Below are positions 20,301-30,074 of a stretch of 64,000 bases of DNA, in pieces (within the stretch, counting starts at the first letter, position 1; each line of letters begins with the position of its first letter). The notes below the pieces were generated by a model, which searched no databases, had not been told where the DNA came from, and worked only from the letters and a program-made list of their open reading frames with translations. The stretch is from an uncultured virus (IMG/VR IMGVR_UViG_3300023231_000362) (Duplodnaviria > Heunggongvirae > Uroviricota > Caudoviricetes): the IMG/VR virus record IMGVR_UViG_3300023231_000362; one strand, 5' to 3'. A program made the position numbers and the translations under genes.

Positions 20301-21313
20301 AAAAACTAGCAGAATATTTTACAGAGTCAGAGCAAGGACATATTAGACCGCAAGTGGGTGATATATTTGATATCGTAATTAACGAAGAACTTGCTATTGA
20401 AGCAGATGTGTTAGAATCTACTGAGGATAAACTTGTTCTTGAATATGATGAACGTGGAATATCACTGCTAGAAGGTTTAGATTTAATTGAAGAAGAGGAC
20501 ACAGTCACCGAAGGCAAGGTAAAAGACCTACTTCTTGACATAGAAGAGCTTACTGACAAAGAGTTTCAGGACAAGTACAATATGTCTAAATTAGATGCTA
20601 AGGAAAAGTTTGATTTAGATGAAATGAGAAAACCTAATGTAATAACTCTAGCCGGTCGGGCCCATGACGCATTTAAAGAACTTAAAGATTATGAAGCAGA
20701 AGAAGTTGATTTTCACAAAGCAATAGATGACCTTGTACATAGAACATTTGGTCACCGCTCTAAAGAAAAGAAGATGGAAGCAGATCTTAGTGAAGCGTCT
20801 AACAACATTACTAAGATAAAAGACATTGTGTCCAAACAACAAGCAATGAAGATTGATGGCATTATGGTTGATATGTTTACAGCATCAGCAATCAGTCAGA
20901 TTTACAATAAAGTAAATGATACAAATAAGAAAAAGATGGAAGATCTAGACATAACTAAACTTGCAGAACTTGCAATGAAGATGATGGAATCAAAACAATC
21001 GTATGACAATGTGGTAGAAGACGGTGATGAGTTAGACGAAGCAGAATATCAAGGTCGTGAAGTTAACCTCGGTAAGCCAATGCGTGGCGATGTGGCCAAG
21101 TATAAGGTCTATGTAAAAGATAAGAAGACAGGTAACGTTAAGAAAGTTAATTTTGGTGATAAGAACATGGAAATTAAACGTGACGATCCTAAGCGTAGAA
21201 AGTCGTTTAGAGCAAGACATGGTTGTGGTACACCAAAAGCCAGCGACAGAACTAAAGCACGTTATTGGTCCTGCCGTATGTGGTCCACAACGCCAGTAAG
21301 TAAAATTATATAA
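20297..21313 (+). CDS. Modular internal head protein with a basic C-terminal domain (DUF6321-like)
   Basis: MKKLAEYFTES start; EAEYQGR...KVNFGD...RRKSFRARHGC...ARYWSC. Confidence 0.6.
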   Translation: MKKLAEYFTESEQGHIRPQVGDIFDIVINEELAIEADVLESTEDKLVLEYDERGISLLEGLDLIEEEDTVTEGKVKDLLLDIEELTDKEFQDKYNMSKLDAKEKFDLDEMRKPNVITLAGRAHDAFKELKDYEAEEVDFHKAIDDLVHRTFGHRSKEKKMEADLSEASNNITKIKDIVSKQQAMKIDGIMVDMFTASAISQIYNKVNDTNKKKMEDLDITKLAELAMKMMESKQSYDNVVEDGDELDEAEYQGREVNLGKPMRGDVAKYKVYVKDKKTGNVKKVNFGDKNMEIKRDDPKRRKSFRARHGCGTPKASDRTKARYWSCRMWSTTPVSKII

Positions 21314-21315
21314 TT

Positions 21316-21672
21316 ATGAGAGTAAAAGACTTTATAACAGAGATTAAACAAGGAAAAGTCTTAGACTACCAGGAGAGGGCTATACCTGGTGCTAAGACAT
21401 TCCCACGTATTGATCAAGGGTATGGACTGTATAGATTTGGACTAGCAATGGCTAGTAGCCCAGACGATATTGGTAACGGGATGCATGAACTTAACAATAG
21501 ACCAGTAACACTATGTTATACTAAACAAGAAGAAGAAATTATTAATAAAGCTCTTAAAAAATTAGGGCTTTCATCAGAACAAACTACCAGCAACGGCAGT
21601 TATGAACCTACCGACACACAAAGTGTTAGCCCGATGCAACCACGTGATGCAGTAAAAAGGAAAAACAAGTGA
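21316..21672 (+). CDS. Small probable internal head protein (MRVKDFITE)
   Basis: Capsid-targeting-like N-terminus. Confidence 0.6.
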   Translation: MRVKDFITEIKQGKVLDYQERAIPGAKTFPRIDQGYGLYRFGLAMASSPDDIGNGMHELNNRPVTLCYTKQEEEIINKALKKLGLSSEQTTSNGSYEPTDTQSVSPMQPRDAVKRKNK

Positions 21673-21977
21673 GAGCAAATGAATTTTTAACTGAGGCAGA
21701 GGGTACTAAGTTAACACCAGAAGAACTTAAAGCTGAGATCGAAGCAAATAAAGCACCATTGGTAACTCCTTCAGGTTGGTCACGTGATAGTAATTCGTTT
21801 GGTGATCTTATTAGACTGGGTTTTATGACCAAAGAGTCAAGACCGTTAAGCGGTTCAGACTATCTAGTAACCCAAACTTATATAGGACCTGGACCAATAA
21901 CAGTAGTACATAGTAGTGGCAGAGAAGAAGTTATCAACAAAGGTTGGAAGTTAGAATCTGAGGTAGATTACTCGTGA
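21669..21977 (+). CDS. Small probable internal head protein (MRANEFLTEA)
   Basis: Capsid-targeting-like N-terminus; GTGA overlap. Confidence 0.6.
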   Translation: MRANEFLTEAEGTKLTPEELKAEIEANKAPLVTPSGWSRDSNSFGDLIRLGFMTKESRPLSGSDYLVTQTYIGPGPITVVHSSGREEVINKGWKLESEVDYS

Positions 21978-22132
21978 ACGCAACCGACTTAATTAGAAGC
22001 GTATTAGATTTAATTGATAGTGTGGTAACAATTACCGCAGGACAAACAATAGACATTAGAGCATCTTCTGCTTTCGGAGAACACTCAATTGGTCCAAGAA
22101 TGTCATTAGTCGCATTACCAATAGCAGTATAA
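21974..22132 (+). CDS. 52-aa ORF missing from the track (MNATDLIRSVLDLIDSVV...), possibly a remnant
   Basis: GTG start overlaps the previous stop; fills the intergenic gap. Confidence 0.45.
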   Translation: MNATDLIRSVLDLIDSVVTITAGQTIDIRASSAFGEHSIGPRMSLVALPIAV

Positions 22133-22148
22133 TAGCTAATGGCCGATA

Positions 22149-22340
22149 ATGAAGATATCTGAACTACAAAAATTAGCAGGTATCAGAGAAAAAACATCTT
22201 GTATGGATATGGAAAACATAAGCCATACCGGTACTGAAAAGGCTAAGATAATGCGTAAGAAAAATATCCAGCCAGGCACACCTGAATGGTTTAAACTTTG
22301 GTTCAGCAGACCATATCTCACAAAAGAAAAGCCTTATTAA
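22149..22340 (+). CDS. Small phage protein (ELQKLAGI...IQPGTPEWFKLWF)
   Basis: Short ORF sharing the LxKLAG motif with the head-region proteins. Confidence 0.6.
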   Translation: MKISELQKLAGIREKTSCMDMENISHTGTEKAKIMRKKNIQPGTPEWFKLWFSRPYLTKEKPY

Positions 22341-22864
22341 GCAACTCGCCTACCAGCACCTAAATACTTTTCCCACTTAGGATCTTTAATTTTAATAGGA
22401 CTATTGCGCCACTTTGATGCCAGTCTCCAGTAGTCTGGTTCGTATGGTTTGTGTATGGGTTTTATTAGTTTGTCTGCTTTAGCATAATTGCATTTTTTAC
22501 AACTAGTAACTACGTTAGTCCATGAAGATTTGCCACCTTTGCTTCTGGGTATAACATGATCGATAGTTAAGTCCTCAAAGTCAAATGTATCCTGGCAGTA
22601 TTGGCATTGGAATAAATCACGCAAGTATACGTTAGCTCTACTAAATCTTACATAATGTCTTGGGTTAAAGTATTCTTTGGTAACTGCAACACTAGGTACA
22701 TTTAATGTAAGGTTTTCACTGTGTACATGCCAGTCATTATATGTTTCTAACACTTGGATGCGTCCTAAAAACATTAACTTAATAGAGTGTTGCCAGTGTA
22801 TAACTGAGAGAGGAAGTACTGATATTGGATTGTAATCTTTGTTGAGAAGCAAGGTGTGTGACAT
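22337..22864 (-). CDS. HNH endonuclease (McrA-like)
   Basis: RDLFQCQYC, TIDHVIPRSKGG, WTNVVTSCKKCN..K motifs. Confidence 0.92.
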   Translation of the reverse strand: MSHTLLLNKDYNPISVLPLSVIHWQHSIKLMFLGRIQVLETYNDWHVHSENLTLNVPSVAVTKEYFNPRHYVRFSRANVYLRDLFQCQYCQDTFDFEDLTIDHVIPRSKGGKSSWTNVVTSCKKCNYAKADKLIKPIHKPYEPDYWRLASKWRNSPIKIKDPKWEKYLGAGRRVA

Positions 22865-22919
22865 AAAAACCCTTTCTAAAAAGTATTTAACACTCCATGG
22901 AACACTGGTAAATATTAGT

Positions 22920-24482
22920 ATGTCTAAGTCGCTCGACGGCGTTTTAATTAAAGCCGCACATAAACAAGAAACCTTTACTAAGCCTCAGATAAAAGAACTC
23001 ATGACTTGTATGAATGGCAAAACTGGTTGCGAATATTTTATGAGCAACTACTTTTATATACAGCATCCTACAAGAGGTAAGTTGTTGTACAAACCTTTTG
23101 AGTTTCAAAAGCGCTTAATATCTACCTACAACGATTATAGATTTAGTGTTTCTCTGATGCCAAGACAAACTGGTAAAACAACCACTGCCGCTGGGTACCT
23201 GTTGTGGTATGCAATGTTTGTGCCAGACAGCACAATACTAGTGGCCGCCCACAAGTATGCAGGTGCTCAAGAGATTATGCAACGTATCAGGTATGCGTAT
23301 GAGTCTGTACCCAATCATATACGTGCAGGTGTTACCAGTTATAACAAAGGAAGTATTGACTTTGACAACGGGTCACGTATCGTGGCAATGTCTACAACTG
23401 AGAACACTGGTCGAGGTATGTCTATATCATTATTATACTCAGACGAGTTTGCATTTGTGAGGCCTACTATTGCCCGTGAGTTTTGGACGTCCATATCACC
23501 CACACTTAGTACTGGTGGTAAGGCTATTATTACATCAACACCTAACTCAGATGAAGATCAGTTTGCATTTATATGGAAACAAGCAAACAAGAACATTGAT
23601 GAGTTTGGTAATGAACAGGAAGTAGGCGTAAACGGTTTTAGAGCATTTAGGTCTGAATGGTGGGAACATCCTGACAGGGATGAGCAGTGGAAACAAGAGG
23701 AAATAGGGCGTATTGGTGAAGATAGGTTTAGACGAGAACATGGGCTAGAGTTCTTAATCTATGACGAAACTCTTATAGCACCAACTACTCTAATAGAGTT
23801 GGAGTTTAAAGAGCCTGTGTTCAAGCAAGGACAAGTACGCTGGTTTAAACATCCTGAAAAAGACAAAACTTATGTTCTCAGTTTAGATCCTAGTTTGGGA
23901 ACAGGTGGCGATTACTCCGCTATACAAATATATGAGTTGCCCACATTAGAACAGGTGGGTGAGTGGCAAAATAACAGAACACCGATCCAACAGCAAGTTA
24001 AACTACTACAACAGATTACAAGTTTTCTAGCAGAAACAGTTAACAAGAATAACATATACTACAGCATAGAAAACAACTCTATTGGCGAAGCCGCATTAGT
24101 AAGCATTGCCGAAATAGGAGAGGAAAATATTGCAGGAACATTCCTTACTGAGTCCAGATCTCATGGGAACTCTAGTCGATTTAGAAAAGGGTTTAATACT
24201 ACTGCACGTAATAAACTAGCCGCATGCGCTAAGTTAAAGAGCCTAATAGAGAGCAAAAAACTAAAAGTACATAGCAAAAATTTAATTAGTGAATTAAAAA
24301 CATTTGTGGCACATGGTGGCAGTTATGCTGCCAAGACTGGTGAAACAGATGACTTAGTAATGAGTTTGGTATTGATAACCCGCATGATGCAGGGATTGCA
24401 AACATACGATGCTAGTCTAGACACAGCGTTGAGAGACCATAATGACAGTCTAGAGTTTCCTATGCCCTTTGTGATCTTTTAA
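22920..24482 (+). CDS. Terminase large subunit (T4 gp17-like)
   Basis: PRQTGKTT Walker A, LLYSDEFAF Walker B, TSTPN, LDPSLG, IENN and DDLVM motifs; start refined to ATG 22920. Confidence 0.95.
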   Translation: MSKSLDGVLIKAAHKQETFTKPQIKELMTCMNGKTGCEYFMSNYFYIQHPTRGKLLYKPFEFQKRLISTYNDYRFSVSLMPRQTGKTTTAAGYLLWYAMFVPDSTILVAAHKYAGAQEIMQRIRYAYESVPNHIRAGVTSYNKGSIDFDNGSRIVAMSTTENTGRGMSISLLYSDEFAFVRPTIAREFWTSISPTLSTGGKAIITSTPNSDEDQFAFIWKQANKNIDEFGNEQEVGVNGFRAFRSEWWEHPDRDEQWKQEEIGRIGEDRFRREHGLEFLIYDETLIAPTTLIELEFKEPVFKQGQVRWFKHPEKDKTYVLSLDPSLGTGGDYSAIQIYELPTLEQVGEWQNNRTPIQQQVKLLQQITSFLAETVNKNNIYYSIENNSIGEAALVSIAEIGEENIAGTFLTESRSHGNSSRFRKGFNTTARNKLAACAKLKSLIESKKLKVHSKNLISELKTFVAHGGSYAAKTGETDDLVMSLVLITRMMQGLQTYDASLDTALRDHNDSLEFPMPFVIF

Positions 24483-24503
24483 ATTTTTTAGATAAATAGA
24501 TTT

Positions 24504-26936
24504 ATGAGCGAAATTGAACCAATAGCGCAAGGATTATACGACAAATTAAAGAACAGATTTGGCGAAATTGCTATATCTGATGAATCAGCAAAGCCTACTA
24601 GTATCTTAGAAGATGGGCGCTTCTTTAATTTTGATTTTAAACTAGGAAGTAAAAATTACGGTAATGTTACCATTAGTATTAATGATGGTGACAGTCTAAA
24701 AGTATTCTTTAATAGACGTATCAGTAAGAAGATGGACGAAGAAGATCGTCCATCATGGTACAAGTTTTTAAAGGCACTACGCAGTTTTTCACGTAGAAAC
24801 ATGCTGAGGTTCGATACTAGAGATATAACAAGATCCGCATTAACAAAAAAAGAGATTAAAGATATGGCCACCAACGTCGACGTTTACGATAAATCAGAGC
24901 TTAATCAAATTGCCACAGAAAGCAAGTTATATGGTAGCAAGAAAAGTAGTTACCAAAAAATGGTAGCACGAGAAGGCCAGAATCCTGTTAAAATTATTGT
25001 TAGACATGCTAAAAATATTGATGAAGAAAAGCATGGCGCAAGAGCAAGGAATATATCAGCAGTTTTCTTAGAAACTCAATCAGGTGAAAGATTTAAACTA
25101 CCATTTATTAAATTGGTAGGTGCAAGAGCCATGGCTAGACACTTAATGAATGGTGGCGGTGTCGGCGATGAGTTGGGAACACATATTGTAGAGCTAGTTG
25201 AAGAGATGGCAGATTTGGGCCAATTTGTTAGACTAATGAAAAACAAACCCTGGGAGAATAGAGAAACTAAGGAAATGATGGAAGCCTCGGTTGACAGATA
25301 CCAAGGTGTGAGGGCAACTCTCAATAGTTTAACAGGCCCTAAAGGCTATAGTAAATTTGCAGAAGCATTTAACCCACAAGTTAAAGAACTAGATGAGTTT
25401 AATGCAGACACTGTTAAAGAAAAGTTTATACAACAGAGCTTCCCAGAAAAATTAGAATCAGCATTGCCGCATGTATACAGTGCGCACAAAGTATGGAGTA
25501 AGAATATGTCAGAGCAGTTACAACAAGTGCATGAATTTGTGCGTTCAGATGAGTCTGTTCAATTAGGTAAAACACACGGCAACAAGGCTTACTTTGAATC
25601 ATTAAGGTTTGTCGACACAAAAGCATTATTAAGAACAGTACTAGAGCAAGTGTCAGATCAAGCAGACGGAGCAATTAAAGAGTTTGCAACCAAATGGGCA
25701 TCTCGCCTTAACACTATTGAAGAACAAGTTGACGAATCTTTAAAAGAAGAATATGGTATGGCTGTGCAACTTGCCAAGCAATATATTAAAGGTGTTAAGT
25801 CGATTAAGGGAGGTCAAGTTGCTGAAGGATCTAATAACGATATTAAAGAGTTGTTCAATGATTGGATGAATAGCGAATATGCCCCGTTCGATGACGACTC
25901 AGGTGATGATAACGCAGTATTCACCAAAGCATTAAACTTTGTTGCAGATCGCATGGATAATCGTTCAGACTCGGAGAGTTATGCTTATAAATTAGCAGAT
26001 ATGTTTCAGGGTGTTAAGGGTAAAGGTTCAGAGCTAGATGAATATGCAGACTGGGCAGACAGTGTAATTGAAGAAGACGATGAAGTTGACGAAGATCCAA
26101 TACGTGAACTTGTGCTATACATCGAAAACGATGGCCAATTATATCAAATGCAAGGCGAGCCTATTATGCGTAACCTCACTAAGAAGTGGGACAAAGGCGT
26201 ATATGATCATGACAAAGCCAAAACACTTTGGAAGTACTATGCAGACACCGGTGCTAGAAAATATGGCAAAGATTACGGTGCAAATGATGGCTTTAAGATG
26301 TTCTCGCCAGCAGTACGTAGAGCTGTGGCAAGTGAACTAGCAGATAACTGGCATGAAGAACTTAAGGCTGGTAACAAAATGGAAGGTGCTGGTGATGCAC
26401 CAGCAGGTTATGACCCACACAGAGATCCTGTATTAACACAAACACCTGCTTATAAAATGAGCATGGGGATTCAGAAAGGTTTGCAGTCAGGCAAGAAAAT
26501 GTTTAACAAGTTTAGACAAGGCATAGCAGACAAGATAGCACCTGCTAATAAACAAAATGAAGAGCAAAATGTGGCGGAAGCGGAAGATCATGTTGAACTA
26601 CAAAAGCTGATAGGACAACACCTTCCTGTAGGTCAAGATGGCAGTAATGCTATTACAGCACTTACGGGCATTATCGACAATGAAGAGTTAAACGCAGGAT
26701 TACAAGACATTGCCGATAAGCAAGGATCAGACAGTTGTGGTAGACCAGCAGTTTACAAGTATCTACAGGATGCAAATCCAGAGTTATTAAAGTTATTAGA
26801 CTTTGGTGACATGACAATGGAAAACTTGGGCGGTGATGCCAGTGAGGAATTTATTAATTCAGTAACTGACCAGAAGAAAAAGAAACACGGCGAAACAACA
26901 GCAGAAGATTTAAAACGGTTAAGCGGATTAATTTAA
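24504..26936 (+). CDS. Large modular late protein, probably internal head or core
   Basis: 810-aa ORF after TAAATA; acidic modules separated by xE-S/G/A; ends DLKRLSGLI. Confidence 0.55.
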   Translation: MSEIEPIAQGLYDKLKNRFGEIAISDESAKPTSILEDGRFFNFDFKLGSKNYGNVTISINDGDSLKVFFNRRISKKMDEEDRPSWYKFLKALRSFSRRNMLRFDTRDITRSALTKKEIKDMATNVDVYDKSELNQIATESKLYGSKKSSYQKMVAREGQNPVKIIVRHAKNIDEEKHGARARNISAVFLETQSGERFKLPFIKLVGARAMARHLMNGGGVGDELGTHIVELVEEMADLGQFVRLMKNKPWENRETKEMMEASVDRYQGVRATLNSLTGPKGYSKFAEAFNPQVKELDEFNADTVKEKFIQQSFPEKLESALPHVYSAHKVWSKNMSEQLQQVHEFVRSDESVQLGKTHGNKAYFESLRFVDTKALLRTVLEQVSDQADGAIKEFATKWASRLNTIEEQVDESLKEEYGMAVQLAKQYIKGVKSIKGGQVAEGSNNDIKELFNDWMNSEYAPFDDDSGDDNAVFTKALNFVADRMDNRSDSESYAYKLADMFQGVKGKGSELDEYADWADSVIEEDDEVDEDPIRELVLYIENDGQLYQMQGEPIMRNLTKKWDKGVYDHDKAKTLWKYYADTGARKYGKDYGANDGFKMFSPAVRRAVASELADNWHEELKAGNKMEGAGDAPAGYDPHRDPVLTQTPAYKMSMGIQKGLQSGKKMFNKFRQGIADKIAPANKQNEEQNVAEAEDHVELQKLIGQHLPVGQDGSNAITALTGIIDNEELNAGLQDIADKQGSDSCGRPAVYKYLQDANPELLKLLDFGDMTMENLGGDASEEFINSVTDQKKKKHGETTAEDLKRLSGLI

Positions 26937-26946
26937 CCGTTTAGAC

Positions 26947-26975
26947 TTGACTAGATAAATAAAAGTGCGTACACT
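26947..26975 (+). promoter_or_regulatory. Overlapping sigma70-type (TTGACT-17-TACACT) and late (TAAATA 26956) promoters for the SSB gene
   Basis: Sequence match and spacing. Confidence 0.6.
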
Positions 26976-27037
26976 ACTAAACAAGTGTGCGTATTTTAGG
27001 CATACATTATGGCAAACTTATTAAGGAGTAATACATT

Positions 27038-27979
27038 ATGGCAACATCATTGGCCGATATCAGAGCAAGACTGCAACAACAAGACACACGATCCGGAAGT
27101 AGTTCAAGTGGGGGTGGCGACAATGCTATCTTTGCACACTGGAACATAAAAGAAGGCGACACTGCAACTATCAGGTTCCTCCCTGATGGCGATCCTAAAA
27201 ACGATTTTTTCTGGGTAGAACGTGCTATGATCCGTTTACCTTTCCAGGGTATTAAAGGACAAGCAGACAGTAAACCCATACAGGTACAAGTACCCTGCGT
27301 TGAAATGTGGGGAGAATCCTGTCCTATCCTAGCAGAAGTTAGAACATGGTTTCAAGACAAGGGTCTAGAAGACATGGGTCGTAAGTATTGGAAGAAGCGT
27401 AGTTATTTGTTTCAAGGTTTTGTAAAAGAGAATCAAATGCAGGAAGACAAAACACCTGAAAACCCGATTCGCAGATTTGTAATTAGTCCACAAATCTTTA
27501 ATTTAATTAAGGCAGCACTTCTTGATCCAGATATGGAAGAGTTGCCAACTGATCCTACTAAGGGATTAGACTTTAGGGTAGTTAAGACCACAAAAGGTGG
27601 GTACAGTGACTACTCTACAAGCAATTGGGCAAGGCGAGAGTCTGCACTAACTTCAACAGAAACTGCGGCAATAGAACAATATGGTTTATTCAACTTAGTT
27701 GATTTTCTACCTAACCGCCCAGACGAAACTGCACTAAAAGTAATGAAAGAAATGTTTGAAGCATCTGTAGATGGGCAACCATATGATGCAGAGAAATGGG
27801 GTAATTACTTTAAACCAGCAGGTATGATGCGGACAGCAACAGAAACCAGTACTGCACCAGCGGCAGTGTCAGCACCAGCGGCAGTGTCAGCACCAGCGGC
27901 ACCAGTAACAGTAACTACTCCACCAAGTAGCCAAAGAGCAGAAGACATTTTGGCTATGATTAGAAATAGACAAAAGTAA
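27038..27979 (+). CDS. Single-stranded DNA-binding protein (T4 gp32-like)
   Basis: TIRFLPD, PCVEMWGESCPI, YWKKRSY, GLDFRVVKT.KGGYSDYSTS motifs; AAGGAG SD. Confidence 0.9.
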   Translation: MATSLADIRARLQQQDTRSGSSSSGGGDNAIFAHWNIKEGDTATIRFLPDGDPKNDFFWVERAMIRLPFQGIKGQADSKPIQVQVPCVEMWGESCPILAEVRTWFQDKGLEDMGRKYWKKRSYLFQGFVKENQMQEDKTPENPIRRFVISPQIFNLIKAALLDPDMEELPTDPTKGLDFRVVKTTKGGYSDYSTSNWARRESALTSTETAAIEQYGLFNLVDFLPNRPDETALKVMKEMFEASVDGQPYDAEKWGNYFKPAGMMRTATETSTAPAAVSAPAAVSAPAAPVTVTTPPSSQRAEDILAMIRNRQK

Positions 27980-28008
27980 CACAACCTCCTCCTAGTAGTA
28001 AGTAGTTA

Positions 28009-28038
28009 AAAGTGGGTACCCAGGTGGGTACCTGCTTT
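28009..28038 (+). terminator. Hairpin / terminator after gp32
   Basis: AAAGTGGGTACCC-AGGT-GGGTACCTGCTTT. Confidence 0.6.
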
Positions 28039-28053
28039 AGTACTACGATAAAC

Positions 28054-28638
28054 ATGCTAACACAACTTGATTATGAACTGTTTCCTAACAACCCTGAGGT
28101 ATACAGACTACCGTCAGGAGAACTAGTGGCTAGAATATTTAAAAATGCAACTAGTAGTTTGGATAGACAAGGTTACGAGTTAGCTACACTAGACGAAATA
28201 GAACAAGCAAATACAATTACAGCATATTGGCGAGAACCTGTAGCAAGGTTCTGTAGCGGAGTAAGTACGTTTGTTCAACAAACAGGCATCAGAGTAGAAG
28301 ATGCTGTTCAATATCTATTTTTAAATAGGCACTATGCCCCACAGTTTTACAGTTTAATAAATCTTAGACGTTTTATGAACAGACATGCTTGTTTTAGTTT
28401 TAAGGAGTTAGGCGACATTGGTTCTATAACAGAGTTTCATGAAGTGCCTTACAGTAAAACAGAAGTGCCAATTACAGACAAAGTACATTTTTACCTAACG
28501 TGCGATAAGGTTGTCTGGGAAAAGTTTTTAGATACAACAGTGCATATTAACGAAGTATTACGTGTACTTAAATTATTTCATATAGGATACTATAAAGAAG
28601 TCTTTGAACATAGTAAAACAATAAATGCAAGCATTTAA
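28054..28638 (+). CDS. Sulfotransferase-family-like protein
   Basis: IFKNATSSL (5'-PSB-like), WREPVARFCSG (3'-PB-like) and HYAPQ motifs. Confidence 0.5.
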   Translation: MLTQLDYELFPNNPEVYRLPSGELVARIFKNATSSLDRQGYELATLDEIEQANTITAYWREPVARFCSGVSTFVQQTGIRVEDAVQYLFLNRHYAPQFYSLINLRRFMNRHACFSFKELGDIGSITEFHEVPYSKTEVPITDKVHFYLTCDKVVWEKFLDTTVHINEVLRVLKLFHIGYYKEVFEHSKTINASI

Positions 28639-29140
28639 AGAACTAACGTGCCACAGTATTATGTACATACAGTACGAAGTTATGGAGCATCTTGCCAATT
28701 ACGAGCTAGAAGAAGGCTGGAACGATATTGACGAAGCAACTTGTCTACGTAGTTGTCCTAGACTCATGCTATACCTGAAAGAACTTAAACTGGCTCCTAG
28801 AGATATCGCATGTACATACCTTACTGAACACTTAGACTTGCACGTAGATGCCAAGCCGGTAGTGGCTAAACTTAATATACCAATACAACATTGTGTGGGC
28901 AATATAAACTACTGGTATGACGAGGACGTAAGTCACAGAAGAACTAAAAAAGATAAATTCAACAGAAACGTTCCTGACTTAGCAGGATGGGTACCAAAGT
29001 CTAATATTATAACACATCAATTCTTTACAAAACCAATAGTGTTTAACAGCCAAATACCGCATGGTGTTAAAGTTACATACGGTCCACGTATAGTTTTAAG
29101 TATAACATTTTTTAATGAGCCGTTAAATGAACTGCATTAG
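28625..29140 (+). CDS. 2OG-Fe(II) oxygenase / DSBH-fold protein
   Basis: LHVD...LNIP...PHGV...RIVLS (HxD...H...R). Confidence 0.55.
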   Translation: MQAFKELTCHSIMYIQYEVMEHLANYELEEGWNDIDEATCLRSCPRLMLYLKELKLAPRDIACTYLTEHLDLHVDAKPVVAKLNIPIQHCVGNINYWYDEDVSHRRTKKDKFNRNVPDLAGWVPKSNIITHQFFTKPIVFNSQIPHGVKVTYGPRIVLSITFFNEPLNELH

Positions 29141-30074
29141 ATTCAAGCACTTTGCAAGACTTAACCCTGACGGCACAGTAAGCCGATGTGGTCACATGGT
29201 AAAACCTCCTCGTTTTAATTCATTTAATGACATGAATAACAGTGACTGGAACAATAACTTAAAAGATTGGCCTGTCGAATGTGTTAGATGCAAAGTTAGC
29301 GAAAATCAGGGCAAAGAAAGTGTTAGGCAATTCAGTAACAAACAACATGAAGAACTATCTCAAGCTCATAAAGATTATCTAATCATTGGTGGAGTGTTGG
29401 ATAATATATGTAACTCTGCATGTCAACATTGTAATCCACACTTAAGCACAAAGTTTGGCGCCATTGCTAATAATAAGATAATAGTAGACAACACAGATAA
29501 ATTTTACAACTTTCCGCAGGAACGTATTGTTAAGTTAGATATTAATGGTGGAGAGCCCACAGCAAGCCCCAACTACAAAAAATTACTGGAGTATTTGCCT
29601 GCTAACGTGCGTTATGTGAGAATAAACACAAACGGCAGTCTACGTATAGATCCAACGCCTTTGCTTAACCGTGGCATTGATGTTACAATAACTATGAGTT
29701 TAGATGGCATAGACAAAGTACATGATTACTTACGTTGGCCCGTTGTTTGGAAGACATGGTTAAAACAATTTAACTATTACAACGAATTTAAAAACAAGAA
29801 CTTCCATTTAGATGTATGGTCAACTATAAGTGCATTAAACCTTAAAGACTATCCTAACATCAAAAAGTTTACAGAAGATAAGGGTGTTAATTGGGCATGG
29901 GCATTTTTAGAATCACCAGATGTATTAAGCATTAGACACACAAACTTTTTAACTGAACCTGCTAACGAGTTATTTGATGTGGTGGGGACAGAGCAAGACA
30001 ACAGTCAGAAACTAACAGCGTGGTTAAAGTACCAGGATACTATTAGAAAAATCAATTACAAGGACTACTTATGA
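29127..30074 (+). CDS. Radical SAM protein with an N-terminal twitch/SPASM-like Cys cluster
   Basis: CNSACQHC, GGEP, NTNG and SLDG motifs. Confidence 0.88.
   Translation: MNCIRFKHFARLNPDGTVSRCGHMVKPPRFNSFNDMNNSDWNNNLKDWPVECVRCKVSENQGKESVRQFSNKQHEELSQAHKDYLIIGGVLDNICNSACQHCNPHLSTKFGAIANNKIIVDNTDKFYNFPQERIVKLDINGGEPTASPNYKKLLEYLPANVRYVRINTNGSLRIDPTPLLNRGIDVTITMSLDGIDKVHDYLRWPVVWKTWLKQFNYYNEFKNKNFHLDVWSTISALNLKDYPNIKKFTEDKGVNWAWAFLESPDVLSIRHTNFLTEPANELFDVVGTEQDNSQKLTAWLKYQDTIRKINYKDYL

Noticed and set aside
8971..24482. Inteins or introns in sufB or terminase
   Set aside because: Both have normal length and continuous motifs; no splicing motifs seen
27854..27906. 18-bp tandem repeat GCACCAGCGGCAGTGTCA
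   Set aside because: Ordinary low-complexity Ala/Pro linker in the SSB tail
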